DNA of 64,000 nucleotides from a virus. Taxonomy: Duplodnaviria; Heunggongvirae; Uroviricota; Caudoviricetes. Below are positions 31,065 through 40,321 of this stretch, piece after piece (positions within the stretch are counted from its first letter, which is position 1; each line of letters opens with the position of its first letter). Both the position numbers and the translations under genes were made by a program. The notes beneath the pieces were generated by a model that worked only from the letters and a program-made list of their open reading frames with translations, did no database searches and was not told where the DNA came from. Location: positions 1 through 64,000 of the IMG/VR virus record IMGVR_UViG_3300035034_002381, one strand, 5' to 3'.

Positions 31065-32362
31065 TGTACATTATAAAAAACAATAAACTTGAATCTACTG
31101 ATAATATCGATTTATTTTTTAATGAGATAAATGTTGGACAACATATTGCTAAATATGGATATTTCGAAAGTGACCTTATTAATTGGTTAAAGCTTACATA
31201 TAAAAATAATGATAAAATCTTTTTAGATTTAGGAGCGCACATAGGTTCATATTCAATAGAATTAGCAGAAAATTTTCATTCAGTTCATTCATTTGAACCT
31301 AATCCAACAGTCTATAATCATTTATGTGCTAATGTTGCATTAAAGAGATTATCAAATAGGGTATTTCCACACAGAGTTGCATTATCGGATAATAAATCTA
31401 AACAGCCATATTATGAGAGATCCAAAGATGGTGGAGGTAATGGAATTGAAGTTGTAAGAGAGAACGATAAGCACTCATTCTTTGTAGAATCTAAATGTTT
31501 AGATGATTATTCTTTCGATAAAGAAATCGGTTTGATTAAAATTGATATCGAAGGTCATGAGTATAAAGCTATTTTGGGTGCATATGAAACTTTGAAAAAC
31601 TCATATTTCCCACCTATAATTTTCGAATCTTGGGCGCAAAATACACACCCAGAATATTCACAAGAAATACTTTTAGAAATTCGTGATAAAACATTTGATG
31701 TATTAAAGGATTATGGATACACTGTTAAATCCATAAGTGGATATAATGAAATGTTTATTGCTGTTCAAGAGCGTGAAAAATCTCAAGAAGATATTATTGT
31801 TGAAGGTCTTTTGACAGATAAGTTAGACGTATGGCTTAACTCACCTGGAGGGACTCGAAGCAATTATATAGCCGATGTTCTAGAAAAAAGTAATTTAAGA
31901 GTGAGAAACGAATCCTGGTATAAGTATGGTTGTCATTGGACTTCTCCTTTATTTGAAAGGGAATTTAAAACTACAAGATTGTTTTGCTACACTAGCGATA
32001 TCGGACTCGCATTGACAAGTCAGTTAAATGCCAATACTATTGATAAACTGAATTTTGCAGATTTTTATAATGAACCATGGGATTTATATCGATGGATACA
32101 AAATATTAAAAAACAAGTGATTAACTGGTCGGATCCTGGCGTATTCTTTTTAAATACCGACTATTTAAATGATAAAGATATTCAGTCTGAATTTAAAACT
32201 CTTACTGGAGATAGTTTAGACATATCAGATTTCAGACTTGACCGTAAATCTAAAAAATTACATCCTGCATTAATACAATACATGGATGAGATTAATGAGA
32301 TTAATGAGTTATTAGCAAAATTACCTAATGCCGGTTTTGGCGGAGAAGTTGATGAAGGTTAA
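31064..32362 (+). CDS. FkbM-family methyltransferase with extra C-terminal domain
   Basis: DLGAHIGSYSIELAE...VHSFEPNPTVYNHLCANV...KIDIEGHE. Confidence 0.6.
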   Translation: MYIIKNNKLESTDNIDLFFNEINVGQHIAKYGYFESDLINWLKLTYKNNDKIFLDLGAHIGSYSIELAENFHSVHSFEPNPTVYNHLCANVALKRLSNRVFPHRVALSDNKSKQPYYERSKDGGGNGIEVVRENDKHSFFVESKCLDDYSFDKEIGLIKIDIEGHEYKAILGAYETLKNSYFPPIIFESWAQNTHPEYSQEILLEIRDKTFDVLKDYGYTVKSISGYNEMFIAVQEREKSQEDIIVEGLLTDKLDVWLNSPGGTRSNYIADVLEKSNLRVRNESWYKYGCHWTSPLFEREFKTTRLFCYTSDIGLALTSQLNANTIDKLNFADFYNEPWDLYRWIQNIKKQVINWSDPGVFFLNTDYLNDKDIQSEFKTLTGDSLDISDFRLDRKSKKLHPALIQYMDEINEINELLAKLPNAGFGGEVDEG

Positions 32363-32366
32363 AAAT

Positions 32367-32580
32367 ATGAAATTAGAAATTGATTTTAGTTTGAGCGATT
32401 TAAAAAATAATTGGAAACCAAAAATTAAGATTTGGTTATCATGGGAGTACTAAAGGTGATAAGATAGAATTTGAAATGTATTTTGATGAATATCACAGTG
32501 AATGGACTTCTTTTAAAGATAAAGCGTTTAAAGGATTTGTTCTTAAAAAAATAGATAGAATATTAGACGAAAATTGTTAA
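32367..32580 (+). pseudogene. frame-split small gene
   Basis: MKLEIDFSLSDLKNNWKPKIKI... stops at 32451-32453 while another frame continues GYHGSTKGDKIEFEMYFDEYHSEW... to 32580; the junction lies in an A-rich run. Confidence 0.3.
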
Positions 32581-32621
32581 AAGTCAAATATTTTGATTAT
32601 ATTTATCCTAAATTAATAACA

Positions 32622-32741
32622 ATGGAATATAAATATAATGAGCTGGAAAAACTTCTTATTCTTATGGGTAAAAAATATCCAAATGACCATGATCTTGGCA
32701 ATCAAGCGCGTAAACTTATTCAAAAGATCAAAGAAAAATAA
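32622..32741 (+). CDS. small hypothetical protein (possibly frame-split, continuing to 32817)
   Basis: 39-aa ORF after ttttgattatattta; another frame continues KFNPIADWRPLTEEELKSNLFKPPF and ends in a TAATG junction with 32817. Confidence 0.35.
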   Translation: MEYKYNELEKLLILMGKKYPNDHDLGNQARKLIQKIKEK

Positions 32742-32816
32742 ATTCAATCCAATAGCTGATTGGAGGCCGTTAACTGAGGAAGAATTAAAGTCAAATCTTT
32801 TTAAACCACCCTTTTA

Positions 32817-33455
32817 ATGAACATATTTGTTCTTGACGAAAATGTCAAAAAATGTGCCGAATATCATTGTGATAAACATGTTGTCAAAATGATTACTGAG
32901 CATAATCAAATTTTGGGTTCGATTTCTTATTTACGTAGAGGTATTTCTAAAAAATCGGAAATAACTGATGAATTTATTCAACAACATTTCCAAAATTTTC
33001 CTAGAAAAAAATTAGCAATTGATATGGATTCATTACCCATTGCTGATCATTCGCCACTTATCAAAAAATTATGGAATTTTGTAAAACCCGCAGAATTGTC
33101 TTGGCCGTACGGTATTGGTTATAAAAATCATCCATGTACACAATGGGCTAATGCGTCTAAAGAAAATTATGATTGGCTATGCTCACTCAATCTTGAATTG
33201 TGTAAAGAATATACTAAACGATATAATCGTCGACATGCTGGTGAGGATATTACTCAATGGTATATTGAAAACGCACCATATCTACCGAATTCTGGCATGA
33301 CTCCATTTGTTTTAGCTATGCCTGATGATTGTAAATCTGATGATCCAGTTGAATCTTATCGAATTTACTACATTTATCATAAATATAAATTTGCCAAATG
33401 GAAAACAAAAGTTCCAAATTGGTATATAAACGTTATAAAACATCAAGAAATATGA
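32817..33455 (+). CDS. conserved hypothetical protein (N-terminus MNIFVLDENVKKCAEYHCDKHVVKM)
   Basis: 212-aa ORF; the N-terminal block looks like a widespread phage and giant-virus family whose function I cannot name. Confidence 0.7.
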   Translation: MNIFVLDENVKKCAEYHCDKHVVKMITEHNQILGSISYLRRGISKKSEITDEFIQQHFQNFPRKKLAIDMDSLPIADHSPLIKKLWNFVKPAELSWPYGIGYKNHPCTQWANASKENYDWLCSLNLELCKEYTKRYNRRHAGEDITQWYIENAPYLPNSGMTPFVLAMPDDCKSDDPVESYRIYYIYHKYKFAKWKTKVPNWYINVIKHQEI

Positions 33456-34009
33456 CAATCAAACACAGAATAACTGATTCTGAAAATACCCATGTTATGC
33501 TCGACATAGAAACTTTGGGTACTGGTGCTAATGCAATCATTTTACAGATTGCAATGGTCAAATTTGGTCTTAACGATCAAAATGGTGAAACAATGAAAAC
33601 TATAGTTAATGTTTTTCCTTGTATCAAAGAACAACATGATGAAGGTAGAACAATGACTTTCGATACAGTTAACTGGTGGCTTGGTCCAGATCATGTGAGC
33701 ATATTAGCAAATCTGCGGAAACAGGAAACATCCAATTTGGTAGATGTTAGATCTCAAATAGCTAAGCACATGGAAGAATTTAGGAAATCGGGAGTTCATC
33801 TGTGGGCAAGGTCACCCAAATTTGACATCAAGATTTTAGAAGATTTTTTAGGAACAGATGTGCCAGAACATTCCCGAAGGCACCAAAGAGATGTTAGAGA
33901 ATATGAATTTATTTCGGGCGATCGCCCAGGTGCATCCCATGATGCAGAAGATGATTGTATTCAACAAATTATATTAGTCACTAATGTTATTCAAAGACTT
34001 TTTATATGA
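33452..34009 (+). CDS. DEDDh 3'-5' exonuclease (DnaQ-like)
   Basis: VMLDIETLG (Exo I) and ASHDAEDDC (H-x4-D Exo III); start set at the ATGA overlap with the previous stop. Confidence 0.65.
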   Translation: MTIKHRITDSENTHVMLDIETLGTGANAIILQIAMVKFGLNDQNGETMKTIVNVFPCIKEQHDEGRTMTFDTVNWWLGPDHVSILANLRKQETSNLVDVRSQIAKHMEEFRKSGVHLWARSPKFDIKILEDFLGTDVPEHSRRHQRDVREYEFISGDRPGASHDAEDDCIQQIILVTNVIQRLFI

Positions 34010-34122
34010 TAACCTCGATAGTAGAAATTATTAAAGAATCTCTAATTGGTAAATCAGTTATAGTTGCCGAGTATTACCCGGATAACAATGAGGGAAATTA
34101 CAAATTCTAAAATAAAGTTAAC

Positions 34123-35022
34123 ATGATATCAGAAGAAAAATTTCCCGATGGACAAATTAATTTTAAAGCAAATACAGAGGACATCAAAAGTCTTTTAACA
34201 CCACCATACATTTTATCAAATGATAATGCGATAAATTTTACAATTGATCTAAGTAACTGGGATAAATTTCAAACTTTGTTGGCAGCCAATGCAAAATTTA
34301 GACAAACGCACAAACAAATTAATTTACATATAGGTTATCTTTTTGGTTCAAGAAGTGACCGTAAATTTGAACATGACGGAATTAACTATTTTCGTGATGT
34401 AATTGCTAAAACAATCAATGATCAAAATTTCAACAAAGTTACTGTATTTGATCCACACTCACTTGCAGTAGAAAATGCAATTAATAATTGTGAGAGTATT
34501 CATCCGTTCCCACAAATCAATCACCATTTTTTAAATATGGTTGGAAATTTAGATTTATCTGAATATGAAATTGTTATAGCGTCTCCAGACCTTGGGGCAT
34601 ACAAAAAAGTCTTTGGAATTTTTGCTAAATTTTCCGAAAAATATCCAAACATACATTTTAATTTTATTTCCGCAAATAAAATTCGTAGTCTGTCTGGTGA
34701 TATTTCTATGGTTTTAAATCCACCATATAAAGAATTTGACAAATCAAAAAAACGAATTCTATATTTAATTGATGATATTTGTGATGGCGGGAGGACCTTT
34801 ATAGAATTTGCTAAACTTCTTAACGAAGATTTTGAGAAAAAGTATCTATATGTATCACATGGAATATTTTCTAAAGGTCTTGATCCATTATTAGAACATT
34901 TCGATAAAATTTTTACTACAAACAGTATTTCGAATACTTATATCAAATATCTAACAAACGATAATACCATTCTAAATTCTAACATTCTTTTTACCACATT
35001 TATTTCGCAACGCAATGAATAA
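34123..35022 (+). CDS. ribose-phosphate pyrophosphokinase (Prs)-like enzyme; candidate ADPR-pyrophosphate synthetase (Adps) of NARP1
   Basis: 299 aa; VFDPHSLAVENAI resembles the Prs DLHA loop, and YLIDDICDGGRTF is a type I PRPP-binding loop. Confidence 0.6.
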   Translation: MISEEKFPDGQINFKANTEDIKSLLTPPYILSNDNAINFTIDLSNWDKFQTLLAANAKFRQTHKQINLHIGYLFGSRSDRKFEHDGINYFRDVIAKTINDQNFNKVTVFDPHSLAVENAINNCESIHPFPQINHHFLNMVGNLDLSEYEIVIASPDLGAYKKVFGIFAKFSEKYPNIHFNFISANKIRSLSGDISMVLNPPYKEFDKSKKRILYLIDDICDGGRTFIEFAKLLNEDFEKKYLYVSHGIFSKGLDPLLEHFDKIFTTNSISNTYIKYLTNDNTILNSNILFTTFISQRNE

Positions 35023-35989
35023 AAAAGCAACAATTCTTCTTGGACTGCCATTAGCAGGCAAGTCGACTTATATAGGAAACAGAATAGAATATGGTGATTG
35101 GTCAGACACAGGATTAGTTTTAGTATCTGCAGATGATCTTAAAGAAAATCATGAAGATTATGATCCCGACCATGCGTATAAAATTCATGAGTGGTCAGTT
35201 AAAGAGGCCGAAAGGCAAATGAAAGAATACTCAGAATTTGGATCAAAACACATTATCATGGACGGTGGTGGCATTAACAATTCATATACTCGTAGAATTA
35301 TGTCTGATCTACGTTTAAAAGGTTATGAAATTGAACTTATACATATTAAAACGCCGCTCCAAGTTTGTCTTCTTAGAAATGAGAAGCGGGTCCGCAAAGT
35401 TCCAGTGCATGATATTGTAACAAAGGCAGCTCGAGAACGTAAACAATATGAGATACTTAAAGATGTTGTAGATAGTGTTACTATAGTTCCATATTTCACA
35501 AACAAACATATTTTTATAGATATGGATGGAGTTATTGCGGGACAGTCTGTCTTGCCAGAATTTGAAGGAAAAATAGATTTTGTTAATAGCGAAATTTTTA
35601 CTATTTTACCACCTGTTCATCAAGTTATTGATAAACTTAATAGTCTTGATTCTGAAAAACATACACTTTATATTTTATCAGCAACACCGAATTCATATTC
35701 GTATACTGAAAAACATGATTGGTTAGATAAACATTTTAACATACCAAGAGAACGCAGATTTTTTGTAAATGCTGGAAAGCATAAAGCAGAAATGTTAGAA
35801 AATCTAAGAATAAAACTCAAAACTGATAAACGTGATGTCACTCTGATTGAAGATACGCACTCGACACTTAAAGATGTTAGAGACCTTAGAATGAATCCAA
35901 TACATGTATCTGAATTTTTATCAAATGATTTTTTGCGAGATGAAGAATTATATGACTATAAATATTACGAAAACCCAAATAATAAATAA
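35015..35989 (+). CDS. P-loop kinase fused to HAD phosphatase (T4 polynucleotide kinase/phosphatase-like architecture)
   Basis: GLPLAGKST Walker A; IMDGGGINNSYTRR and RNEKRVRKVPVHDI parallel T4 Pnk ISDTNLNPERR and RNSKRGTKAVPIDV; C-terminal FIDMDGVIA is a DxDG HAD motif. Confidence 0.5.
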   Translation: MNKKATILLGLPLAGKSTYIGNRIEYGDWSDTGLVLVSADDLKENHEDYDPDHAYKIHEWSVKEAERQMKEYSEFGSKHIIMDGGGINNSYTRRIMSDLRLKGYEIELIHIKTPLQVCLLRNEKRVRKVPVHDIVTKAARERKQYEILKDVVDSVTIVPYFTNKHIFIDMDGVIAGQSVLPEFEGKIDFVNSEIFTILPPVHQVIDKLNSLDSEKHTLYILSATPNSYSYTEKHDWLDKHFNIPRERRFFVNAGKHKAEMLENLRIKLKTDKRDVTLIEDTHSTLKDVRDLRMNPIHVSEFLSNDFLRDEELYDYKYYENPNNK

Positions 35990-35995
35990 AAAGAT

Positions 35996-37714
35996 ATGAG
36001 AAAAATGAACGCTTTCTTAGCAACCGATGGTTATAAAACAGGCCATCACATAATGTATCCTGAAGGAACTATTGAGGTATATGATAATTTAACACCCCGC
36101 AGTTTTAAATACGCAATCAACAATGTCGAGTATGTTATTGCTGTGGGTCAAAAAATGGCAGTCACAGAAATCAACGATATGTTTAACGAAACATTTTTTA
36201 GACATGAAGATGTTGAAAGACTTGCCTTTCATTTATTTAGACAAGGATTACCTGAACAAAAAGCTAAAGAAACCGCAAGAAATAAAATTAAAGCCGAAGT
36301 ATGTAGTGAAATCAAAAAGGAGTTTTCGTTATATCTAGATATGAAATATGATGTTTCGCATATTGAAAGACTTTGGGATTTAGGATATCTTCCTGTAAAA
36401 ATAAAAGCTTTACCAGAAGGTGTAAAGGTCCCAATAAAGGTTCCTGTACTTACAATTGTAAATACTTTGCCAGATTTTTTCTGGTTACCTAATTTCTTGG
36501 AGACTATTATTTCTAATTTGTTATGGAAACCTATGACATCTGCAACTATTGCGTACGAGTTCAAGAAAACTTTGACTAAATGGGCAATGAAAACTGATAG
36601 CAAAAATGTTTCTATTGTAGAATTTCAGGCACATGATTTTTCAATGCGAGGAATGGATTCTATTTATGCTGCTGCTTCATCAGGTTTAGGTCATGCATCA
36701 TCATTCCTTGGAAGTGATACAATACCAGTAATTCATGCAGCAAGATATTATTATGGTGATCAAGGTCCTATTATACATTCTGTAAATGCTACAGAACACA
36801 GTGTCATGTGTGCTGGAGAAAAAGATAGTGAAATTGAAACATTCAGACGATTATTGCGTCTTTTCCCGACAGGAATCTTATCAGTAGTTTCTGATACTTG
36901 GGATTTATGGAAAGTGATAGTAAAATATCTTCCTGAATTAAAGGACGAAATTCTAAAAAGAGCAGGAAAACTGGTTATTAGACCTGACTCTGGAAATCCT
37001 GTTGATATTATTTGTGGTTTTGATCATAATAGATTTGATACACACGAAGAAGCAGAAAAATATTATAGAACTTATGGAATAAAAGATCCAAAATACTATG
37101 TAAAAAACGAATTCTTTACTGTAATTTCACATTCAGGCAACAATTTTAAATATGCAGATTTAGAAGAGACTCCTGCTGATAAAGGAGTCGTGCAATTATT
37201 ATGGGAAATCTTTGGAGGGCAAATAAATGAAGATGGATTCAAAGTTTTAAATGAACACATTGGCGCAATTTATGGTGATAGTATTAATTTCGAAAGAGCA
37301 AATCAGATTTGTGAGAGACTAGCCAGCAAAGGATTTGCGACTACAAACGTTGTACTTGGAATAGGATCCTTCACATATCAGTATAACACTCGTGATAACC
37401 ATGGATTTGCCGTTAAAGCTACTCATATAACTATTCAACATCCTGATGGAAAAATGGAAGAAAGAGACATATTCAAAGACCCACTAACATCGGTAGGTAC
37501 AAATAAAACTAGTGCTAAAGGATTTATTCAAGTACTTAAAGAAAATGGAGAGTATATTATGAGAGATCAGGTTAGTAGAGAACAAGAAGAAAATTCTTTA
37601 CTTACAATGATTTATTTAGATGGTAAAGTTCTTTCCGAAGACACACTCAAAAGTATTCGTAGAAATGTGAATAACGAATTGGCTGTTGAATTAGGATTAT
37701 ATGAAGTAGCATAA
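35996..37714 (+). CDS. nicotinamide phosphoribosyltransferase (NAMPT/NadV)-like enzyme; candidate Namat of NARP1
   Basis: N-terminus LATDGYKTGHHIMYPEGT matches the NAMPT TDSYK..H pattern; 572 aa, longer than typical NAMPT. Confidence 0.65.
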   Translation: MRKMNAFLATDGYKTGHHIMYPEGTIEVYDNLTPRSFKYAINNVEYVIAVGQKMAVTEINDMFNETFFRHEDVERLAFHLFRQGLPEQKAKETARNKIKAEVCSEIKKEFSLYLDMKYDVSHIERLWDLGYLPVKIKALPEGVKVPIKVPVLTIVNTLPDFFWLPNFLETIISNLLWKPMTSATIAYEFKKTLTKWAMKTDSKNVSIVEFQAHDFSMRGMDSIYAAASSGLGHASSFLGSDTIPVIHAARYYYGDQGPIIHSVNATEHSVMCAGEKDSEIETFRRLLRLFPTGILSVVSDTWDLWKVIVKYLPELKDEILKRAGKLVIRPDSGNPVDIICGFDHNRFDTHEEAEKYYRTYGIKDPKYYVKNEFFTVISHSGNNFKYADLEETPADKGVVQLLWEIFGGQINEDGFKVLNEHIGAIYGDSINFERANQICERLASKGFATTNVVLGIGSFTYQYNTRDNHGFAVKATHITIQHPDGKMEERDIFKDPLTSVGTNKTSAKGFIQVLKENGEYIMRDQVSREQEENSLLTMIYLDGKVLSEDTLKSIRRNVNNELAVELGLYEVA

Positions 37715-37755
37715 TGGAACAAGTTACATAATTTTCTAAAATAAACTGATTCTAT

Positions 37756-37790
37756 TAAAACTTTTCAAGTCTAGATTAATATAAAATATA
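37756..37790 (+). promoter_or_regulatory. TAAAACTTT ... TAATATAAAATATAATG promoter-like motif
   Basis: immediately upstream of 37791. Confidence 0.45.
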
Positions 37791-39107
37791 ATGAAAAGAT
37801 CTGGTATTAAAGTAGCGGTATTTCCCATGGGTTCAATTATCCGATTTAGGAAAGATGGAATCAAAAGATCGTTTGGTCGTTTAGAATATTATAATTTGAT
37901 TTGGGCGTTGGCCAGAAATCCAAGTATTTCGGAAATTTGGCTTTTACAAGTTTCTGATTGGGAACAATTGACTGATGATGAAAAAATTGATTTTGATCCT
38001 AGAAAAGTTATTCGTAACATTTATGCGGAATTTAAAGTAGACAAACCTAATAGTAAAAAACAAGAATCTTACGCTGATCTTTGGAACAAAATTTCTCATC
38101 TTAAGCAACCTGATTTTGCAATTGTATTTTCTACACAAGGTCTTACTAGAATTTCTATACCAAATATTATACCTAAAGTAAAAAATCCTGAAGAAAAAGC
38201 TAAATGTTTAGAAATGACAATACGCTATTGTTCTTCACAAATGTATTATCTAAACAATTCAGAAATTCCATATTTTTTGGTAGTTAATGATGGCAGATTT
38301 TTGTATACTAATACACATACAAAATATCTGGATATGTTTAATTTACCCAAAGAAATCATGGGATTTTACAAAAATGATGATTATATACTTCATCATTATG
38401 ATAAAATGCCGGATGATGGTGGCAAAATGACTACTGATGTTGTTAAGTTATCATACAGTAAAATGATTTGGCTTAATAATATCAGTGAAAAAATCATAGA
38501 CCCTGCCAACATAGAGAAAACTGAAAAGTTTTCTATTGTAGCTATGCAGGCAGCTTATGGTAAAGATAAACATGATCCTAGATATTCTATTCTAAAGGAG
38601 TGGTTTTTAGACGTAGATGGAAATGAAGATGTTTCGATTTATGGTAAATGGGGAGAATCTTATGTTAAAGATTATCAACATTTTAAAGGCTTAAAGCCAC
38701 ATACTGAAATTGATGAAATTTTCAAGAAAACTAGGTACACATTATTGATTCCAACAGAACCTTTATGGGTAACTACGAAAATATGTGAGATGTTGAAATT
38801 GGGTGTTGTCCCGTTTTTGCATCCTAGTTATGATGAAAAAAATCTATCATTTGGAGAGGATTCATTTTTTAGAGTAAAAAATCCGGAAGATTTAAAAAAG
38901 AAGATTTCATTTTTAGAAAAAAATCCAGATAAAAGAATCAAGCTCATACAAAAGGCTCAAGAAAAATATATGGAAGGTGTCACAAACGGAACTTGTGTCG
39001 TCGACGCAATTAATCCATATCTTCAACGGGCTAATATTGATGTAGAATTGCAACATGGATTTAGTGATGAACTAATTCGTAAGCGCAAAGTTAAAAAATT
39101 ATTTTAA
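37791..39107 (+). CDS. GT-B-like glycosyltransferase, possibly T4 beta-glucosyltransferase-like (tentative)
   Basis: 438 aa; C-terminal layout FSIVAMQAAYGKDKHDPRY...YTLLIPTEPLWVTTKICEMLKLGVVPFL...FFRVKNPEDLKKKISFLEKNP resembles the T4 BGT C-terminal half from memory. Confidence 0.4.
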   Translation: MKRSGIKVAVFPMGSIIRFRKDGIKRSFGRLEYYNLIWALARNPSISEIWLLQVSDWEQLTDDEKIDFDPRKVIRNIYAEFKVDKPNSKKQESYADLWNKISHLKQPDFAIVFSTQGLTRISIPNIIPKVKNPEEKAKCLEMTIRYCSSQMYYLNNSEIPYFLVVNDGRFLYTNTHTKYLDMFNLPKEIMGFYKNDDYILHHYDKMPDDGGKMTTDVVKLSYSKMIWLNNISEKIIDPANIEKTEKFSIVAMQAAYGKDKHDPRYSILKEWFLDVDGNEDVSIYGKWGESYVKDYQHFKGLKPHTEIDEIFKKTRYTLLIPTEPLWVTTKICEMLKLGVVPFLHPSYDEKNLSFGEDSFFRVKNPEDLKKKISFLEKNPDKRIKLIQKAQEKYMEGVTNGTCVVDAINPYLQRANIDVELQHGFSDELIRKRKVKKLF

Positions 39108-39110
39108 ATT

Positions 39111-40319
39111 ATGAAGAATAAATTTTCTAAGGATGGACATTGGAGATTCGGTACTATAGTTCCATTAATCGGGGGAATGACCATATCCAACCAACAAGCA
39201 ACCGGAGATAATCCGGACTTTTTAATATCTTATCCAGCGTTTGCAGGCAATGATTCTCATTGTGTTAATCATTTTAAAGATACCCCATATTATGTAGTCG
39301 ACCCAGAAACTAATGAATTACCTGAAGACGATACTTTTCAAAATGTAGATTTTGTGTCTGCAGTGTGCCCATGTGCAGGACTTTCTATGTTAAATACTTC
39401 TAAGAAAAGAGGATCTGATGCAGAAATGAATAATTGGATGTATAAATCTGCAGAATTAGTTTTAGAACAAATTAAACCCAAAGTTTTTTGGGGGGAGAAT
39501 GCACCAGGTCTATATACAAAATCTGGTGAAGGTGTAGTCAAAAAATTGAGAGAAATTGCTGAAAAGAATGGTTATGTACTTTCATTAGTCAAAACTAATA
39601 CCTTTTTACATGGTATACCACAACATAGAACTAGAACTTTTTACTTTTTTTGGCAAGGTAAACATGCGCCAATACTGAATTATACCGAGCGGGATGCACC
39701 AACTCTTAAAGAATATCTAGATCAAATTCCTGAAAATGCTTCTATGCAAGATGAAAAATTCGGCTTAGAAAGTATGAATAGTCTTTGGTTTAAATTCTTA
39801 AAAGATCAAAACATAAAAATTTCAGATGTACAAAAAAGTACGTGTAAATCAATTATGGATTATTGTGTAGCCGAAAAATTGATGCCGAAAATGGTTGATT
39901 GGGGTGAAGAAAATGGATATGATAAAATGGTCAGGACTGCTAAGCATATTCTACATAAACAATCTATGGGTAAAGGTTGGTGGGACGCTACACCATTAGT
40001 ACCAACAGATACTATTAATGCGCTGATTAGTAAGAATGCTGGAATTGTCCACCCGAACGGAGAAAGACCAATTAATACCCGAGAAGCTTTATGGTTAATG
40101 GGATTACCACATGATTTTACTATGGTCGATTATGACAATAGAAAAAATAGCAATCACATTTGCCAAAACGTACCGGTAACCACTGCAAAAGACTGGACAT
40201 TCGAAGTGATGAAATTTATCAATAAAGATATTGAAAAAATTGCAACGCCGTTTCTAAAACAAAACAATATCAAACAAAGAATAGATTTACAAGAAAATAA
40301 ATCCAAAGCACTTTTTTAA
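39111..40319 (+). CDS. DNA (cytosine-5) methyltransferase-family enzyme
   Basis: motif IV AVCPCAGLS, motif VI FWGENAPGL, motif VIII GIPQHRTRTFYF. Confidence 0.75.
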   Translation: MKNKFSKDGHWRFGTIVPLIGGMTISNQQATGDNPDFLISYPAFAGNDSHCVNHFKDTPYYVVDPETNELPEDDTFQNVDFVSAVCPCAGLSMLNTSKKRGSDAEMNNWMYKSAELVLEQIKPKVFWGENAPGLYTKSGEGVVKKLREIAEKNGYVLSLVKTNTFLHGIPQHRTRTFYFFWQGKHAPILNYTERDAPTLKEYLDQIPENASMQDEKFGLESMNSLWFKFLKDQNIKISDVQKSTCKSIMDYCVAEKLMPKMVDWGEENGYDKMVRTAKHILHKQSMGKGWWDATPLVPTDTINALISKNAGIVHPNGERPINTREALWLMGLPHDFTMVDYDNRKNSNHICQNVPVTTAKDWTFEVMKFINKDIEKIATPFLKQNNIKQRIDLQENKSKALF

Positions 40320-40321
40320 AT

